This document shows, piece by piece, positions 1 through 10,094 of a stretch of 64,000 bases of DNA (positions are counted from its first letter, which is position 1; every line of letters begins with the position of its first letter). The DNA is from a bacterium (GTDB taxonomy: Bacteria > UBA8248). The DNA lies in contig CBDBEV010000001.1 in the NCBI GenBank assembly GCA_965204535.1, positions 2,880,001 to 2,944,000 of the forward strand. Direction: 5' to 3'. The translations under genes and the position numbers were made by a program. The notes below the pieces were generated by a model, which saw only the letters and a list, made by a program, of their open reading frames with translations, made no database searches and was not told the origin of the DNA.

Positions 1-1142
1 CGGGTCGAGGCGCCCAACCCGCCTGGGAGGCCCTTTGCGCGGGCCGCTCCCTCCTTGCTCCGGATGCTGATCCCGAACTCGCTGGCTTCCCCCCCATCGA
101 AACAGCGCAGTGCGCGCGAATCGACCCCGAATCGGTCGGCGCGTATCGACGTGCGGCGAGAATCATGGGCCACCATACCCACATGCTCCTGGCGGCGGTT
201 CAAGATGTGATGGCCGACGCCCCTGCCGACCCGGAGATGACGGAGGAAGATATCGCCTTTTTCGCTGGCATGGACTCTGTCGATCCGGATAAAGACGATT
301 TGGTAGGCGCAGTGAGGGAATCGGAAGATCTGGTGGATTTGGGGCATTTCTTCAGCGAGGGGATGGACGCCATCCCCCCGCTTTGGCCGCTCGGCATGTT
401 GAACGCGATAGCTTTCAGCCAGGCGGCGATTCAGCACAGGTGGCGGGGCGAGAACGCCGTTTTCAGCACGGGCCCGGAGGCGACGGCGCGCGCCCTCTGC
501 GAGGCGGCGGACTCGGTCGGATCAGGCAAGTCGAGGCTCGCTCTGTGCGCCGGCGTAAGCGGGGTGGTTTCCGCAAGAATGCTGGCCCGCGCGAAGCGGC
601 GGGGCGCGTGGCCCGCTGCGGGCGGACTCGGAGAGGGCGCGGGCGTGATTCGCTTCGAGAAGACCGAAGTTGCCCATTCGTCCAAAATTCTTGGCTGGTT
701 CAAGGGCCAATCTTCTGTGCGCGCGTTAAAAAAAAGAGGCGGCCTCGTCCGGGCAATTCAAGAGTCGGCCCAGGGCGCGCTCGCGTGTGCCGGTCTCAAG
801 CCCGAGGGAGTGGACCTTCTCGTGATTCATGGGGAGGGGGAATCTCGGGCGGATGGCGCCGAGGCGGAAGCGGTTTCCGCCGTTTTCGGCGGCCACAAGC
901 CTTGGGGGCTTGCGACGAAGGGCGTATTCGGCCACCTTTGGGGGGGAAGCCCGGCGCTGGACCTGATTATGGCGATGAAAGCCCTGGCCGAAGGCGCGGC
1001 GCCCCCATCTCCCGCATCGGAGAAGGAATTATTCCGGGATGCGGCAGATGGCTCCAGGCGGGATGAGCTCCGAAACGCGCTGGTGCTTCTCCAGGGCTTC
1101 GACGGCGTATGCTCGGGGCTGGTGGTGGGAAAAGGCGCTTGA
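1..1142 (+). CDS. Beta-ketoacyl-ACP synthase-like protein, probably non-condensing (chain-length-factor-like); 5' truncated by window edge
   Basis: Frame open from nt 3 (..WEALCAGRS.., KS N-terminal motif). Contains GEGAG, IHGEG and TKGVFGHLWG. The catalytic Cys position reads STGPEA (Pro). Confidence 0.8.
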   Translation, partial: GRGAQPAWEALCAGRSLLAPDADPELAGFPPIETAQCARIDPESVGAYRRAARIMGHHTHMLLAAVQDVMADAPADPEMTEEDIAFFAGMDSVDPDKDDLVGAVRESEDLVDLGHFFSEGMDAIPPLWPLGMLNAIAFSQAAIQHRWRGENAVFSTGPEATARALCEAADSVGSGKSRLALCAGVSGVVSARMLARAKRRGAWPAAGGLGEGAGVIRFEKTEVAHSSKILGWFKGQSSVRALKKRGGLVRAIQESAQGALACAGLKPEGVDLLVIHGEGESRADGAEAEAVSAVFGGHKPWGLATKGVFGHLWGGSPALDLIMAMKALAEGAAPPSPASEKELFRDAADGSRRDELRNALVLLQGFDGVCSGLVVGKGA

Positions 1143-1157
1143 CGGGAGAACGGGAAA

Positions 1158-1610
1158 TTGCGGTTTCTCTTTTTCGATCAGATCAAGGAGATGGTGCGCG
1201 GCGAGCGGATCGTGGGCGTCAAGACGTTTCCGCTCTCAGAAGCATATTTGAACGCCCATTTCCGGCGCGCGCCCCGGGTGCCCGGCTCGATCCTCATCGA
1301 GGCGATGGCGCAGATCACGGGGTGGCTCGTAATCTACACCTATGATTTCAAGACCTCGTGCGTCATCTCGCTCATCGACGACGTGGAGGTGGCGAACGAC
1401 CTGCGACCGGGCGTTACCGTGGAGATTCATGGCGAGATAATCGACACGAACGAACGGGCGAGCCTGTGCCGCGCGCGTATCGAAAAAGACGGTGTCGCTG
1501 TGGCCAAAGCCGAGCGGTTCGTGTATCCCCACTTTCCCAATGACGATCCAGAAAGCCTCAAGGAGCGCTTTAGAAGCTACGGCTGGCTGGCGTTCGAGGA
1601 GACGGCATGA
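1158..1610 (+). CDS. FabA/FabZ-family 3-hydroxyacyl-ACP dehydratase
   Basis: RFLFFDQI...HFRRAPRVPGSILIEAMAQ hot-dog motif with catalytic His and Glu. Confidence 0.85.
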   Translation: MRFLFFDQIKEMVRGERIVGVKTFPLSEAYLNAHFRRAPRVPGSILIEAMAQITGWLVIYTYDFKTSCVISLIDDVEVANDLRPGVTVEIHGEIIDTNERASLCRARIEKDGVAVAKAERFVYPHFPNDDPESLKERFRSYGWLAFEETA

Positions 1611-2872
1611 GCGCGCAGGTATTCATCACCGGCCTCGGCATGGTGACCTCTTTGGGCGCCGACGTGGAGACTTGCTGGCGGCGGGCGCTGGCCGGTGAAT
1701 CGGGCCTCGCGCCGATCACGTCTTTCGACGCGAAAGCGCTGCCCGTCGCCGGAGCGGGCGAGGTTTCTGAGGAGACGCTCCGCGCCATCCGGGAGAGGCT
1801 TCCCGAGGAATATGCGGGCGAGGGGGAGCGCAGGGTGTTGTTCGCGCTCGACGCCGCGCAGAACGCGATGACGGACGCCGGGATGCGCCCCGGCGATTAT
1901 GCCCCCGAGCGCGCGGGCGTGGTGATGGGGACCGGGCTGAGCAGCTACCGGCTGGAGGATTTCGCCGCCTGGGCGGACCCTGAAAACGGCTTCGACGCCG
2001 TCCGCTTCGCTGAAGAGCTTGAGATGACGCAAGTCTCCGGCTACTTCAACAACCCGCCCGAGCGGGCGACCTCCCTGATGGCGGAGTGGTTCGAACTCGC
2101 CGGTCCCACCGGCACGATCACCTCCGCCTGCGCGGCGGCGGGTCAGGCGATTGGCCTCGGGATGCGCATGATCCGAAGGGGCGAGGCGGACGTGGTTCTT
2201 TGCGGCGGGGCCGATTCGATGATCCATCCCGTCGGGATGGCCATATTCCTCCTGCTGGGCGCGGCGTCCAAATCGAAAGACCCCATCTGCCGTCCTTTCG
2301 ACAGAAGACGCTCCGGCCTCGCCGTGGGCGAAGGGTCGGGCGTGGTGGTTCTGGAGTCGCAAGACCATGCGCGCGCGCGGGGCGCTGCGCCCTACGCCGT
2401 TCTATCGGGCTACGGCGCGAGCATGGACGCGCACCAGGTGACGGCCCCGCACCCGGCGGGCCGGGGCGCCGTTCGGTCGATGAGCGAGGCGATGGAAGAT
2501 GCGGGCCTGGCTCCTGATGATGTCGCCTACGTCAACGCGCACGGCACGGGCACGAAACTGAACGATCCGGTCGAGACCAGGGCGATTCGCGAGGTGTTCG
2601 GCGCGCGGGCGGATGCGCTGGCGGTGAGTTCGTCCAAATCCATGATCGGGCATCTCATCGCCGCCTGCGGCGCGCCCGAGTTCATCTTCACGGCCTTGAG
2701 CGTCGCGCGCGATATCGTGCATCCTACGACGTGCCTTGAGAACCCGGACCCGAAGTGCGATCTCGACTACGTGGCCGGGGGGGCGAGGGAGATGCCCGTG
2801 CCCGCCGCCATCACGAATTCCTTTGGTTTCGGCGGGCAAAACGCCACCTTGCTCGTGAGAAAGGCGGCCTAG
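1607..2872 (+). CDS. fabF: Beta-ketoacyl-ACP synthase II (FabF-like), intact Cys-His-His triad
   Basis: ITGLGMVT, TSACAA, NAHGTGT, KSMIGHL, NSFGFGGQN. Overlaps the upstream gene (ATGA). Confidence 0.9.
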   Translation: MSAQVFITGLGMVTSLGADVETCWRRALAGESGLAPITSFDAKALPVAGAGEVSEETLRAIRERLPEEYAGEGERRVLFALDAAQNAMTDAGMRPGDYAPERAGVVMGTGLSSYRLEDFAAWADPENGFDAVRFAEELEMTQVSGYFNNPPERATSLMAEWFELAGPTGTITSACAAAGQAIGLGMRMIRRGEADVVLCGGADSMIHPVGMAIFLLLGAASKSKDPICRPFDRRRSGLAVGEGSGVVVLESQDHARARGAAPYAVLSGYGASMDAHQVTAPHPAGRGAVRSMSEAMEDAGLAPDDVAYVNAHGTGTKLNDPVETRAIREVFGARADALAVSSSKSMIGHLIAACGAPEFIFTALSVARDIVHPTTCLENPDPKCDLDYVAGGAREMPVPAAITNSFGFGGQNATLLVRKAA

Positions 2873-2889
2873 ATGAGAGGTGATACGGA

Positions 2890-3642
2890 ATGAAAATCGA
2901 TTTGAGCGGAAAAATCGCGCTGGTGACCGGAGGCGGGCGGGGCATCGGGCGCGCCTGCTGCACGGCCCTGGCCGAGGCGGGGGCTTCGGTGGCGGTCAAC
3001 TACAGCCGCTCGGCGGAGGCCGCCGAGGAGGTAAAGGGGGAGATCGAAGCGGCCGGCGGGCAGGCGAATACCTACCAGGCCGACGTCTCCTCTTTCGAGG
3101 ACGTATCGGCGATGTTCGAGCAGGTAAAAGAGGATTTCGGCACGCTCGATATTCTCGTCAACAACGCGGGCGTGATACAGGACGGCTTGCTGCTCACCAT
3201 GAAGCCCGCAGGCTGGCGCAAGGTGCTCGGCGTGAGCCTGGACGGCGCTTACCACTGCACGAAGGCGGCCGGCGAGATCATGCTCCGGAAGCGCTCCGGC
3301 AAGGTGATCAGCATCTCCTCCGTCATGGGGGTTTCGGGCGGGGCCGGGCAGACGAACTACGCCTCCGCCAAGGCGGGCATCATCGCCTTCATGCGCGCCT
3401 GCGCGGCGGAGATGGGAAAGCGGGGAATCCAGTTCAACACCATATTGCCGGGCATGATCGTCACCGACATGAGCGAGCGCGTGCGCGAGAAGGGCGGCGA
3501 CGTGATTATGGGGCGCATACCGGCGGGCCGCTTCGGCGAACCGGAGGACGTGGCCAGGCTCGTGGTGTTCCTGGCGTCCGCGGAATCGGATTACATCAAC
3601 GGACAGGCGATAGCCGTGGACGGCGGTCTGCTCACGGGCTGA
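2890..3642 (+). CDS. fabG: 3-oxoacyl-ACP reductase (SDR)
   Basis: TGGGRGIG, NNAG, GQTNYASAK, VDGG. Confidence 0.9.
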   Translation: MKIDLSGKIALVTGGGRGIGRACCTALAEAGASVAVNYSRSAEAAEEVKGEIEAAGGQANTYQADVSSFEDVSAMFEQVKEDFGTLDILVNNAGVIQDGLLLTMKPAGWRKVLGVSLDGAYHCTKAAGEIMLRKRSGKVISISSVMGVSGGAGQTNYASAKAGIIAFMRACAAEMGKRGIQFNTILPGMIVTDMSERVREKGGDVIMGRIPAGRFGEPEDVARLVVFLASAESDYINGQAIAVDGGLLTG

Positions 3643-3660
3643 GCGCGGGGGATATTCGGG

Positions 3661-4077
3661 ATGCAGCTGTACCAGGGGGTGGATTTGGTGGAGGTCGCGC
3701 GCTTGAAGGAGGCCTATGAGCGCCACGAGGCGTTCGGCGAGGACGTGTTCACCGAAGCCGAGCGGGCGTATTGCCTGAAGCGCCGGAACCCCTATCCCCA
3801 CTTCGCGGCCCGCTTCGCGGCGAAAGAAGCCTGCCTCAAGGCATTCGGCCTCGGCATTTCCGAGCCGGGCGGGCTGGGCGGCAGGGGGCGTTTGCGCGAG
3901 ATCGAGGTGGAATCGATGGCTTCGGGCAAACCCACGCTCAAACTGAGCGGCTCGATGGAGCGCATGAGCGCGCGAAAGAAGATCACGCAGTCCACCATTT
4001 CGATGAGCCATACGCTCGATCTGGCGGTGGCCCAGGTGATCCTCCTGGGCGAGGACGCGCCGGAAGAAGCTGATTAA
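3661..4077 (+). CDS. acpS: Holo-ACP synthase (phosphopantetheinyl transferase)
   Basis: GVDLVEV, FTEAE, AARFAAKEA, SMSH. Confidence 0.92.
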   Translation: MQLYQGVDLVEVARLKEAYERHEAFGEDVFTEAERAYCLKRRNPYPHFAARFAAKEACLKAFGLGISEPGGLGGRGRLREIEVESMASGKPTLKLSGSMERMSARKKITQSTISMSHTLDLAVAQVILLGEDAPEEAD

Positions 4078-4089
4078 GGAGTCCTTGGT

Positions 4090-4551
4090 TTGAGATATAT
4101 GCTCGTGGACAGGGTGACGGCGTGGGAGGCGGGGGTCTCCATCCAGGGGGTGAAGAACGTCACGATGAGCGAGGATTTTCTGGAGTTCCATTTCCCGCGG
4201 TTTCCCGTCATGCCGGGCGCGCTGATATTCGAGGCGCTGGTGCAGCTGGCAGGCTGGCTCGAAGCGGCGGAATCCGATTTCACCCGGTGGATTCTTTTGG
4301 AAAAGGTTCGAAGCGTCAGGTACTATGGATTCGCCTTTCCGGGGGATCAGGTCCTCCTGAACGTGGAGGCGCGGGGAGAGGAAGAAGGTCTCAAGAACTT
4401 CAGGGGCGTTGCCACCGTGGAGGGCGAGCGTCGGGTGGTCGCCGATTTTGGCGGAAAGGCGGCGCCGCTCGCGGATTATGAGGATCCCGAGGAGCAGCGC
4501 CATCATTTTCGTGTTCTCGGACGCGAGATTCGGTTGAGCCAGGCGGGATGA
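4090..4551 (+). CDS. Second FabA/FabZ-family dehydratase
   Basis: LVDRV...KNVTMSEDFLEFHFPRFPVMPGALIFEALVQ; TTG start after AAGGAG. Confidence 0.87.
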   Translation: MRYMLVDRVTAWEAGVSIQGVKNVTMSEDFLEFHFPRFPVMPGALIFEALVQLAGWLEAAESDFTRWILLEKVRSVRYYGFAFPGDQVLLNVEARGEEEGLKNFRGVATVEGERRVVADFGGKAAPLADYEDPEEQRHHFRVLGREIRLSQAG

Positions 4552-4554
4552 GCG

Positions 4555-5853
4555 ATGCGAGGCGAGGAAGTCTGGATTACGGGCGTGGGTTTGCTGACTT
4601 CCATAGGCGAGAATGCCGGGGAAAACTGGGAGTCGCTTTGCGCCGGAAAATGCGGGGTCGCCTGTCATCCAAGCGAGGATAACGGCTCTCTTCCGGATAA
4701 TTTCGCCTACCATGGCGCAATCCCCGGCCATGAAGACCCGCCCGAGGTGCCGCCCAAACTCGCGAGCCAGCGCAAATTCCTGAACAGAAGCTCCATCCTG
4801 GGGCTTTACGCCGCCGCCGAGGCGGTGGCCTGCTCTGGTCTCGACATGGGAGAGGTGGCGCCCGAGAGAAAGTCCCTCTACGTCGGTTCGGGCGATTTCA
4901 CCAGGGTGGGCTATGTGGATTTCTATGCCGCGCTCAAACAAACGGCCGGCGAGGCGTGGGACGCGCCCGAACCCGCCTCCCTCAACGAGGCGTCGCTCCA
5001 CAGGGTAAGCCCTTTTTTCCTGCTCGAGGGATTGCCCAACAATCTTTTCAGCTATCTCTCGGGCATCTACGAATTCATGGGGCCGAACGGCAGTTTTTCC
5101 AGCCTTTCATCCTGCGGCGCGCAGGCGCTCGAGAATTGCGACCGCGTGCTTCGCTTCGGCGAGGCCGACGTCGGCCTCGTCGTGGGCTGCGGGAGTTGGG
5201 CGCACCCCATGGTGCTCCTGGAACTCGACGGGCTGGGCATTCTCTCCCGGGCGAAAGAGGGGGCCGAGTCGTTCCGGCCCTTCGACAGGAGGCGCGATGG
5301 ATTCTTCCCCGGAGAGGGCGCCGCCGCCCTGGTGCTCGAGAGCGCCGAATCCGCCTGTGCGCGGGGCGCGAAGCCCCTGGGCCGCGTTCTGGGGACGGCG
5401 AACTGCCAGGAATACTCCTCTGAGCGCTATATTCCCGTTCCCACCGGCGCGGTGCGCCATTCGGTGGAATCGGCGGTGGCCGAGGCGGGCGTCACGAGCG
5501 ATGATCTGGCCTTCATCCTTCCCCACGGGAGTGCGACGCCCCAGGGAGACGCGGGCGAATTGTCCGCCTTGCTGGAATACGGCGATAAGGTCAAGGGCCC
5601 GATTCCGCTCGCCGGCTGGAAGCCCTATACGGGACACATGGGCTCCGCCAGCGATTTGGCCGAGATCGTGCTGGGACTCTCTGCCCTCAATGAGGGCCGC
5701 CTTCCCCCCACGCCGGGCCTTGAGCAAAAAGACGATGCCTTCGAGGCCCTCCACATCCCCACCGAAGAATGCGCCGTCTCGGGGGCCGCGTTCCTGTCCC
5801 TGAGTCACGGCATCGGCGGGCAATCCTCCGCAACCATCGTCGCCGCGCAGTGA
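4555..5853 (+). CDS. Ketosynthase-like protein with Ser at the catalytic Cys position
   Basis: ITGVG, RPFDRRRDGF, GEGAAA, PHGSAT, GHMG. FSSLSSCGAQA aligns by eye to ITSACAAAGQA of the neighbouring FabF with C->S. Confidence 0.82.
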   Translation: MRGEEVWITGVGLLTSIGENAGENWESLCAGKCGVACHPSEDNGSLPDNFAYHGAIPGHEDPPEVPPKLASQRKFLNRSSILGLYAAAEAVACSGLDMGEVAPERKSLYVGSGDFTRVGYVDFYAALKQTAGEAWDAPEPASLNEASLHRVSPFFLLEGLPNNLFSYLSGIYEFMGPNGSFSSLSSCGAQALENCDRVLRFGEADVGLVVGCGSWAHPMVLLELDGLGILSRAKEGAESFRPFDRRRDGFFPGEGAAALVLESAESACARGAKPLGRVLGTANCQEYSSERYIPVPTGAVRHSVESAVAEAGVTSDDLAFILPHGSATPQGDAGELSALLEYGDKVKGPIPLAGWKPYTGHMGSASDLAEIVLGLSALNEGRLPPTPGLEQKDDAFEALHIPTEECAVSGAAFLSLSHGIGGQSSATIVAAQ

Positions 5854-6836
5854 ACAAATCCGCAGAATCCACCAAGAGAAAACGCAGCAAAGACAAGGGC
5901 GCGTTTCACCAATGGGTGGAATACGCCCTGCTCGTTTCGTTTCTGTGGTTGATCCGCCTGCTGCCCTATGGTGTCTGCCGCGCGGTTTCCGTTTTGATAG
6001 GGGAGGCGATTTTCCGCTTCGCCCCCAGGAGAAGGCGCATCGCGCGCGCCAACCTGCGCATCGCGTTCCCCGAACTCAATGAAGCGCAGCGCTCCGTTCT
6101 GGCGAGGCGCAGTTGCCGTTCGTTTATTCTCACCTGCCTGGAGGGAGCGAAGTTTCTGACCCGCTTCGATTTGCGACGCGCCGAGAAAACGGTGCGCGAG
6201 ATCGTGGACGAGGCGGAGGAGACAATAGATAAGGTGCGCGTGATTCACGAAGATGCGGGCGGCTGCGTGTTCGTCGTGCCGCATCTGGGGAACTGGGAAT
6301 TCCTCGCCCATGCCGGCGCGCTGGCGGGAATTCCGCTCACCATCCCGGTGCGTCCCCTGGACAATCGAAAGCTCGAAGCCTCGCTGTATGCAATGCGCGC
6401 ATCCTCCGGACAGGAGATTCTTTCGAAGAAAAACGCCTTCTTTCACCTGCGCGAGGCGCTGCGCAAGGGCCGTTCGGTGGCGATTCTGGCGGATCAGAAC
6501 GCGGGTGGCGAGGGAATCGACGCGCCGTTTTTCGGCAAGCCCGCCAGGACGACGCTCGCTCCCGCAGCCCTCGCGGTTCTCTACAACCGGCCCATTGTCC
6601 TGATCTCGTGTCTCAGAAAAGGCGGTGGCCGGCGCTATGAGGTCTTGCTCAGCGAGCCGATAGCGCCCGATATGAACGCGCAAAGCGCCAAAAAAGAAAT
6701 CGAGAGGCTCACGATGGCGGTGAACGAGGAGACGGAAAATTTTATTCGAAAAGGGCCGGAGCAGTACTTATGGATCCATGACAGGTGGAAACTCACCAAA
6801 AGCCAGGGACCGTCCCGGTGGGCCGATTCAAGTTGA
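5850..6836 (+). CDS. LpxL/HtrB-family (lipid A-type) acyltransferase
   Basis: N-terminal hydrophobic anchor, ANLRIAFP, HLGNWE, LADQ, PFFG, PEQYLWIHDRWK. GTG start overlaps the upstream stop. Confidence 0.88.
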   Translation: MNKSAESTKRKRSKDKGAFHQWVEYALLVSFLWLIRLLPYGVCRAVSVLIGEAIFRFAPRRRRIARANLRIAFPELNEAQRSVLARRSCRSFILTCLEGAKFLTRFDLRRAEKTVREIVDEAEETIDKVRVIHEDAGGCVFVVPHLGNWEFLAHAGALAGIPLTIPVRPLDNRKLEASLYAMRASSGQEILSKKNAFFHLREALRKGRSVAILADQNAGGEGIDAPFFGKPARTTLAPAALAVLYNRPIVLISCLRKGGGRRYEVLLSEPIAPDMNAQSAKKEIERLTMAVNEETENFIRKGPEQYLWIHDRWKLTKSQGPSRWADSS

Positions 6837-7235
6837 AGCTTCAGGGGAGGATACGGTTTCTTTCAGATGCTTGAAGAAGGGAACCCCCAGTTTTTCGAGT
6901 TTCGCCTCGAGCTTTTCCGTGCAGTCGCAATCGCCGCAGACGGGATAGCCTTCGCAATCTTCAGGTTTGCGGGCGAAGCGCACGTCGATCTCCTCGAAAT
7001 ACGCCTCCCAGTAGGGTAGTTCCTCATACAGCTCATAACCCGGCCCGAACGCCTCGCGGCAGTAGCAGACCTCGAGCCAGCGAACCTGGCCTTTCTCGGT
7101 GAGCCTCGCCTCTTTCATGCACTTGAGAAACGTCCGGTGCGCGATGGAGCCTCGCCCGAGTTCGCCCGATTCGATGGCTTCGAGCAGGGCGGCGCTCTTG
7201 CCCTCGATGACTTTTCCGCGCACGAGATAACGCAT
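6828..7235 (-). CDS. Hypothetical Cys-rich protein
   Basis: 135 aa ORF with GGAGG RBS; EVCYC and C-x5-C-x2-C-x-C cluster. Confidence 0.7.
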   Translation of the reverse strand: MRYLVRGKVIEGKSAALLEAIESGELGRGSIAHRTFLKCMKEARLTEKGQVRWLEVCYCREAFGPGYELYEELPYWEAYFEEIDVRFARKPEDCEGYPVCGDCDCTEKLEAKLEKLGVPFFKHLKETVSSPEAST

Positions 7236-7356
7236 GGAACCTCCACGCTTTTTTCATGAACCCTTCATTCGATTGTAACATACACGATATGATTCATGTA
7301 TAGATTGCCGGATGCTTCGGAGCATCGACGGCGTAAGGCGGCAGGGCGAGGAGCCC

Positions 7357-8838
7357 ATGAACCCTGGGATAGGCGGGATGACGGACAAACCAATCGAAAT
7401 CACCATGGTGGCGAGCGAGATGTTCCCCTTCGCCAAATCGGGCGGGCTGGGCGACGTCATCGGTGCGCTGCCTTCGGCCCTGGCGAGGTTGGGCCACAAG
7501 GTCTGCGTCTACCTGCCCGCGTACCGTGCTGCTCTCAATGAATATGACCCCGGTTCTCCCGCGCAGGTCGCAGACGTCTTCGCCGAGGCGCGCTGCGAGG
7601 TGTTCTCGCTCGAACACGAGGGGGTTTCGGTCAGACTCGTCGCCGCGGATGATCTGTTCGATCGGGATGGATTCTACGGAGACGCGCGCGGAGCGTTTCC
7701 CGACAACGCGGAGCGCTTCGCCCGTTTCGCCAGAGGCGCGCTCTCCCACATGGAGAGCGAAAAAGCGTATCCGTTCATCATCCACTGCCATGACTGGCAA
7801 AGCGCCCTGATCCCGCCCTTGCTGCAGTATCGCCGCGCTGACGAAACGAAATGGCGCGGGGTCTCCAGTGTTTTCACGGTTCACAACCTGGCGTACCAGG
7901 GCCGCTTCCACCGGGATGATTTCGCGCACACTTGTCTGCCCGATGAAATGATGGGCATGGAGGGGCTTGAGTTTCACGGCGACATCAACTTCATGAAGGG
8001 CGGCATCCTGTTCAGCGGAGCGGTCTCCACCGTGAGCGAGCGTTATGCGCAGGAGATGCTGACGGAAGAGCAGGGAGAAGGGCTCGAAGGAGTGGTCGCT
8101 CTCAGAAGGGATTCTTTGTTCGGCATCATGAACGGCATCGACGATGTGGTCTGGAATCCCGAAAGCGACCCCCACGTTCCGGCGCCGTTCTCGATCGCGC
8201 GCCCGGAGGGCAAGGCGAAGTGCAAGGCGGCGCTTCAGGAGGAATTGAGGCTGGACGCAGGCGCGGAGGGGCCTTTGTGCGTCGTCGTCTCGCGGCTGGC
8301 GCATCAGAAGGGAATCGACCTGATCCTCGAAACGATGGATGAATGGATGAAGCTGGGCGTAAGCCTGGCCGTTCTGGGAACCGGCGAGGAGGCGTTGGAA
8401 GGTGGCCTCGCCGAAGCCGCTTCGACCCATCCGGGCCGGGTGGCCTTCGTGCCCGCCTATGACGAGGCGCTCTCCCACCGCATGTACGCAGGCGGCGACG
8501 TCCTGCTCATGCCCTCACGCTATGAGCCTTCGGGCCTGAACCAGCTGTACGCCATGCGCTACGGCGCCCTTCCTTACGTGCGGCGGGTCGGCGGACTTGC
8601 GGACTCGGTGATTTCATCCCCAACCCCCGAAGCGGACTCGGACACCGGCTTCCATTTCGACGCGTTCGCCCCGGCCGATTTCCTCACCGGGATGGAGAGG
8701 ATTTGCCGGGTGTTTTTGGATCAGGGCCTTTGGCGTATGATGATGCGCAACGCGATGGAGAAGGACTCCGGTTGGGACGGCGTCGCGCCCCGCTACGTCG
8801 GTTTGTACGAAAAGGCGATGCGCCCGCAGCCGCGTTGA
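7357..8838 (+). CDS. glgA: Glycogen synthase (start 7357 or 7378)
   Basis: ASEMFPFAKSGGLGDV, HCHDWQ, TVHNLAYQG, SRLAHQKG, PSRYEPSGLNQ. Confidence 0.95.
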   Translation: MNPGIGGMTDKPIEITMVASEMFPFAKSGGLGDVIGALPSALARLGHKVCVYLPAYRAALNEYDPGSPAQVADVFAEARCEVFSLEHEGVSVRLVAADDLFDRDGFYGDARGAFPDNAERFARFARGALSHMESEKAYPFIIHCHDWQSALIPPLLQYRRADETKWRGVSSVFTVHNLAYQGRFHRDDFAHTCLPDEMMGMEGLEFHGDINFMKGGILFSGAVSTVSERYAQEMLTEEQGEGLEGVVALRRDSLFGIMNGIDDVVWNPESDPHVPAPFSIARPEGKAKCKAALQEELRLDAGAEGPLCVVVSRLAHQKGIDLILETMDEWMKLGVSLAVLGTGEEALEGGLAEAASTHPGRVAFVPAYDEALSHRMYAGGDVLLMPSRYEPSGLNQLYAMRYGALPYVRRVGGLADSVISSPTPEADSDTGFHFDAFAPADFLTGMERICRVFLDQGLWRMMMRNAMEKDSGWDGVAPRYVGLYEKAMRPQPR

Positions 8839-8864
8839 GACGAATCGAACAGAGGAGCCGGATA

Positions 8865-10094
8865 TTGGATTCGCGCGATCCCAGAGTCATATCTTTCGTC
8901 ATGGCGGGCGGCGCCGGAAACAGGCTCCACCCCCTCACGGTCGCGCGCGGCAAGCCGGCCGTGCCGTTCGGTTCGAAATACCGCATCATCGACTTCGTGC
9001 TGAGCAACCTGGTGAACTCGGGCTATCAGTCCATCTACGTGCTGGTGCAGTACCTGGCGCAATCGCTGATCGAGCATTTGAGGCGCTCGTGGAACATCAG
9101 CGGAACGCTCGGCAAGAATTTCGTGACGGCCGTTCCGCCCCAGCAGCGCGCAGGCGAGTTCTGGTTCAAGGGCACGGCCGATTCCATCCATCAGAACAGA
9201 AACCTGGTGACCGACAATGCGCCCGACATCGTGCTGGTGTTCGGGGCGGACCACATCTACCGCATGGACGTGAGCCAGATGGTTCGCTTTCACCTCGAAA
9301 GCGGGGCGGACGCGACGATATCGGCCCTGCCCGCGCCGGTCGAAGACGCCCGGGAATTCGGCGTGCTGGCCGTGGACGAGGAGGGACGGGTGGAGCGTTT
9401 TGACGAAAAGCCCTCCCGCCCCCGCCCCATGCCGGGCGACCCCTCGCGCGCGCTGTGCTCGATGGGAAATTACGTGTTTTCCTCCCAGGTGCTGATGGAT
9501 GCGCTCATCAGCGATGCGGCGCGTGAGGGGGAGCACGACTTCGGGCGAACGATCATCCCCGCTCTTCTCGGCGAGCGTAAAAAACTCTACGCCTACGATT
9601 TCATGAAAAACGAGATTCCGGGGGTTCGGCCCACCGAGGAAAGAGGCTACTGGCGCGACGTGGGCACCATCAAGAGCTACTGGGAGACGCAGATGGACCT
9701 TTTGGGGGAGACGCCGCTCCTTGACTTGAGCAACCCCGACTGGCCGATTCACACCAGCGCCTATCCGGGGCCGGGCAGCCGCATCGTGTCCACGCAGGTG
9801 GAAGACGCCTTGATCGGAGAGGGGTGCCAGATTGTGGGGGCGCGGATCGAGCGCTCCGTCATCGGCCGCGGCGTGGTAATCGAAAAAGGGGCGGAGATCG
9901 TCGATTCCATCGTCATGGACCACACCCACATCGGGGCGGGGGCGCATCTGCAAAAAGCGATTGTCGACAGGTTCAACCAGATAGAAGCGGGCGCTTCGGT
10001 GGCGATTGAAAGGGCCGATTCCTTCCCTGGCGCCGTCTCCGACCCTTCCGGCATCATCGTCCTGCCGCGCGGGTTCACCCGGCCCGTCATTTGA
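8865..10094 (+). CDS. glgC: Glucose-1-phosphate adenylyltransferase
   Basis: MAGGAGNRLHPLT..RGKPAVPFG, WFKGTAD, GADHIYRMD, YWRDVGT; TTG start after AGGAG. Confidence 0.95.
   Translation: MDSRDPRVISFVMAGGAGNRLHPLTVARGKPAVPFGSKYRIIDFVLSNLVNSGYQSIYVLVQYLAQSLIEHLRRSWNISGTLGKNFVTAVPPQQRAGEFWFKGTADSIHQNRNLVTDNAPDIVLVFGADHIYRMDVSQMVRFHLESGADATISALPAPVEDAREFGVLAVDEEGRVERFDEKPSRPRPMPGDPSRALCSMGNYVFSSQVLMDALISDAAREGEHDFGRTIIPALLGERKKLYAYDFMKNEIPGVRPTEERGYWRDVGTIKSYWETQMDLLGETPLLDLSNPDWPIHTSAYPGPGSRIVSTQVEDALIGEGCQIVGARIERSVIGRGVVIEKGAEIVDSIVMDHTHIGAGAHLQKAIVDRFNQIEAGASVAIERADSFPGAVSDPSGIIVLPRGFTRPVI

Noticed and set aside
2869-5001. 710 aa minus-strand ORF, and similar long ORFs at 22000-23889, 30201-31868, 31868-33892, 34150-35991, 53375-54934 and 55769-58741
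   Set aside because: Antisense shadows of well-supported genes in GC-rich DNA, with no recognisable motifs
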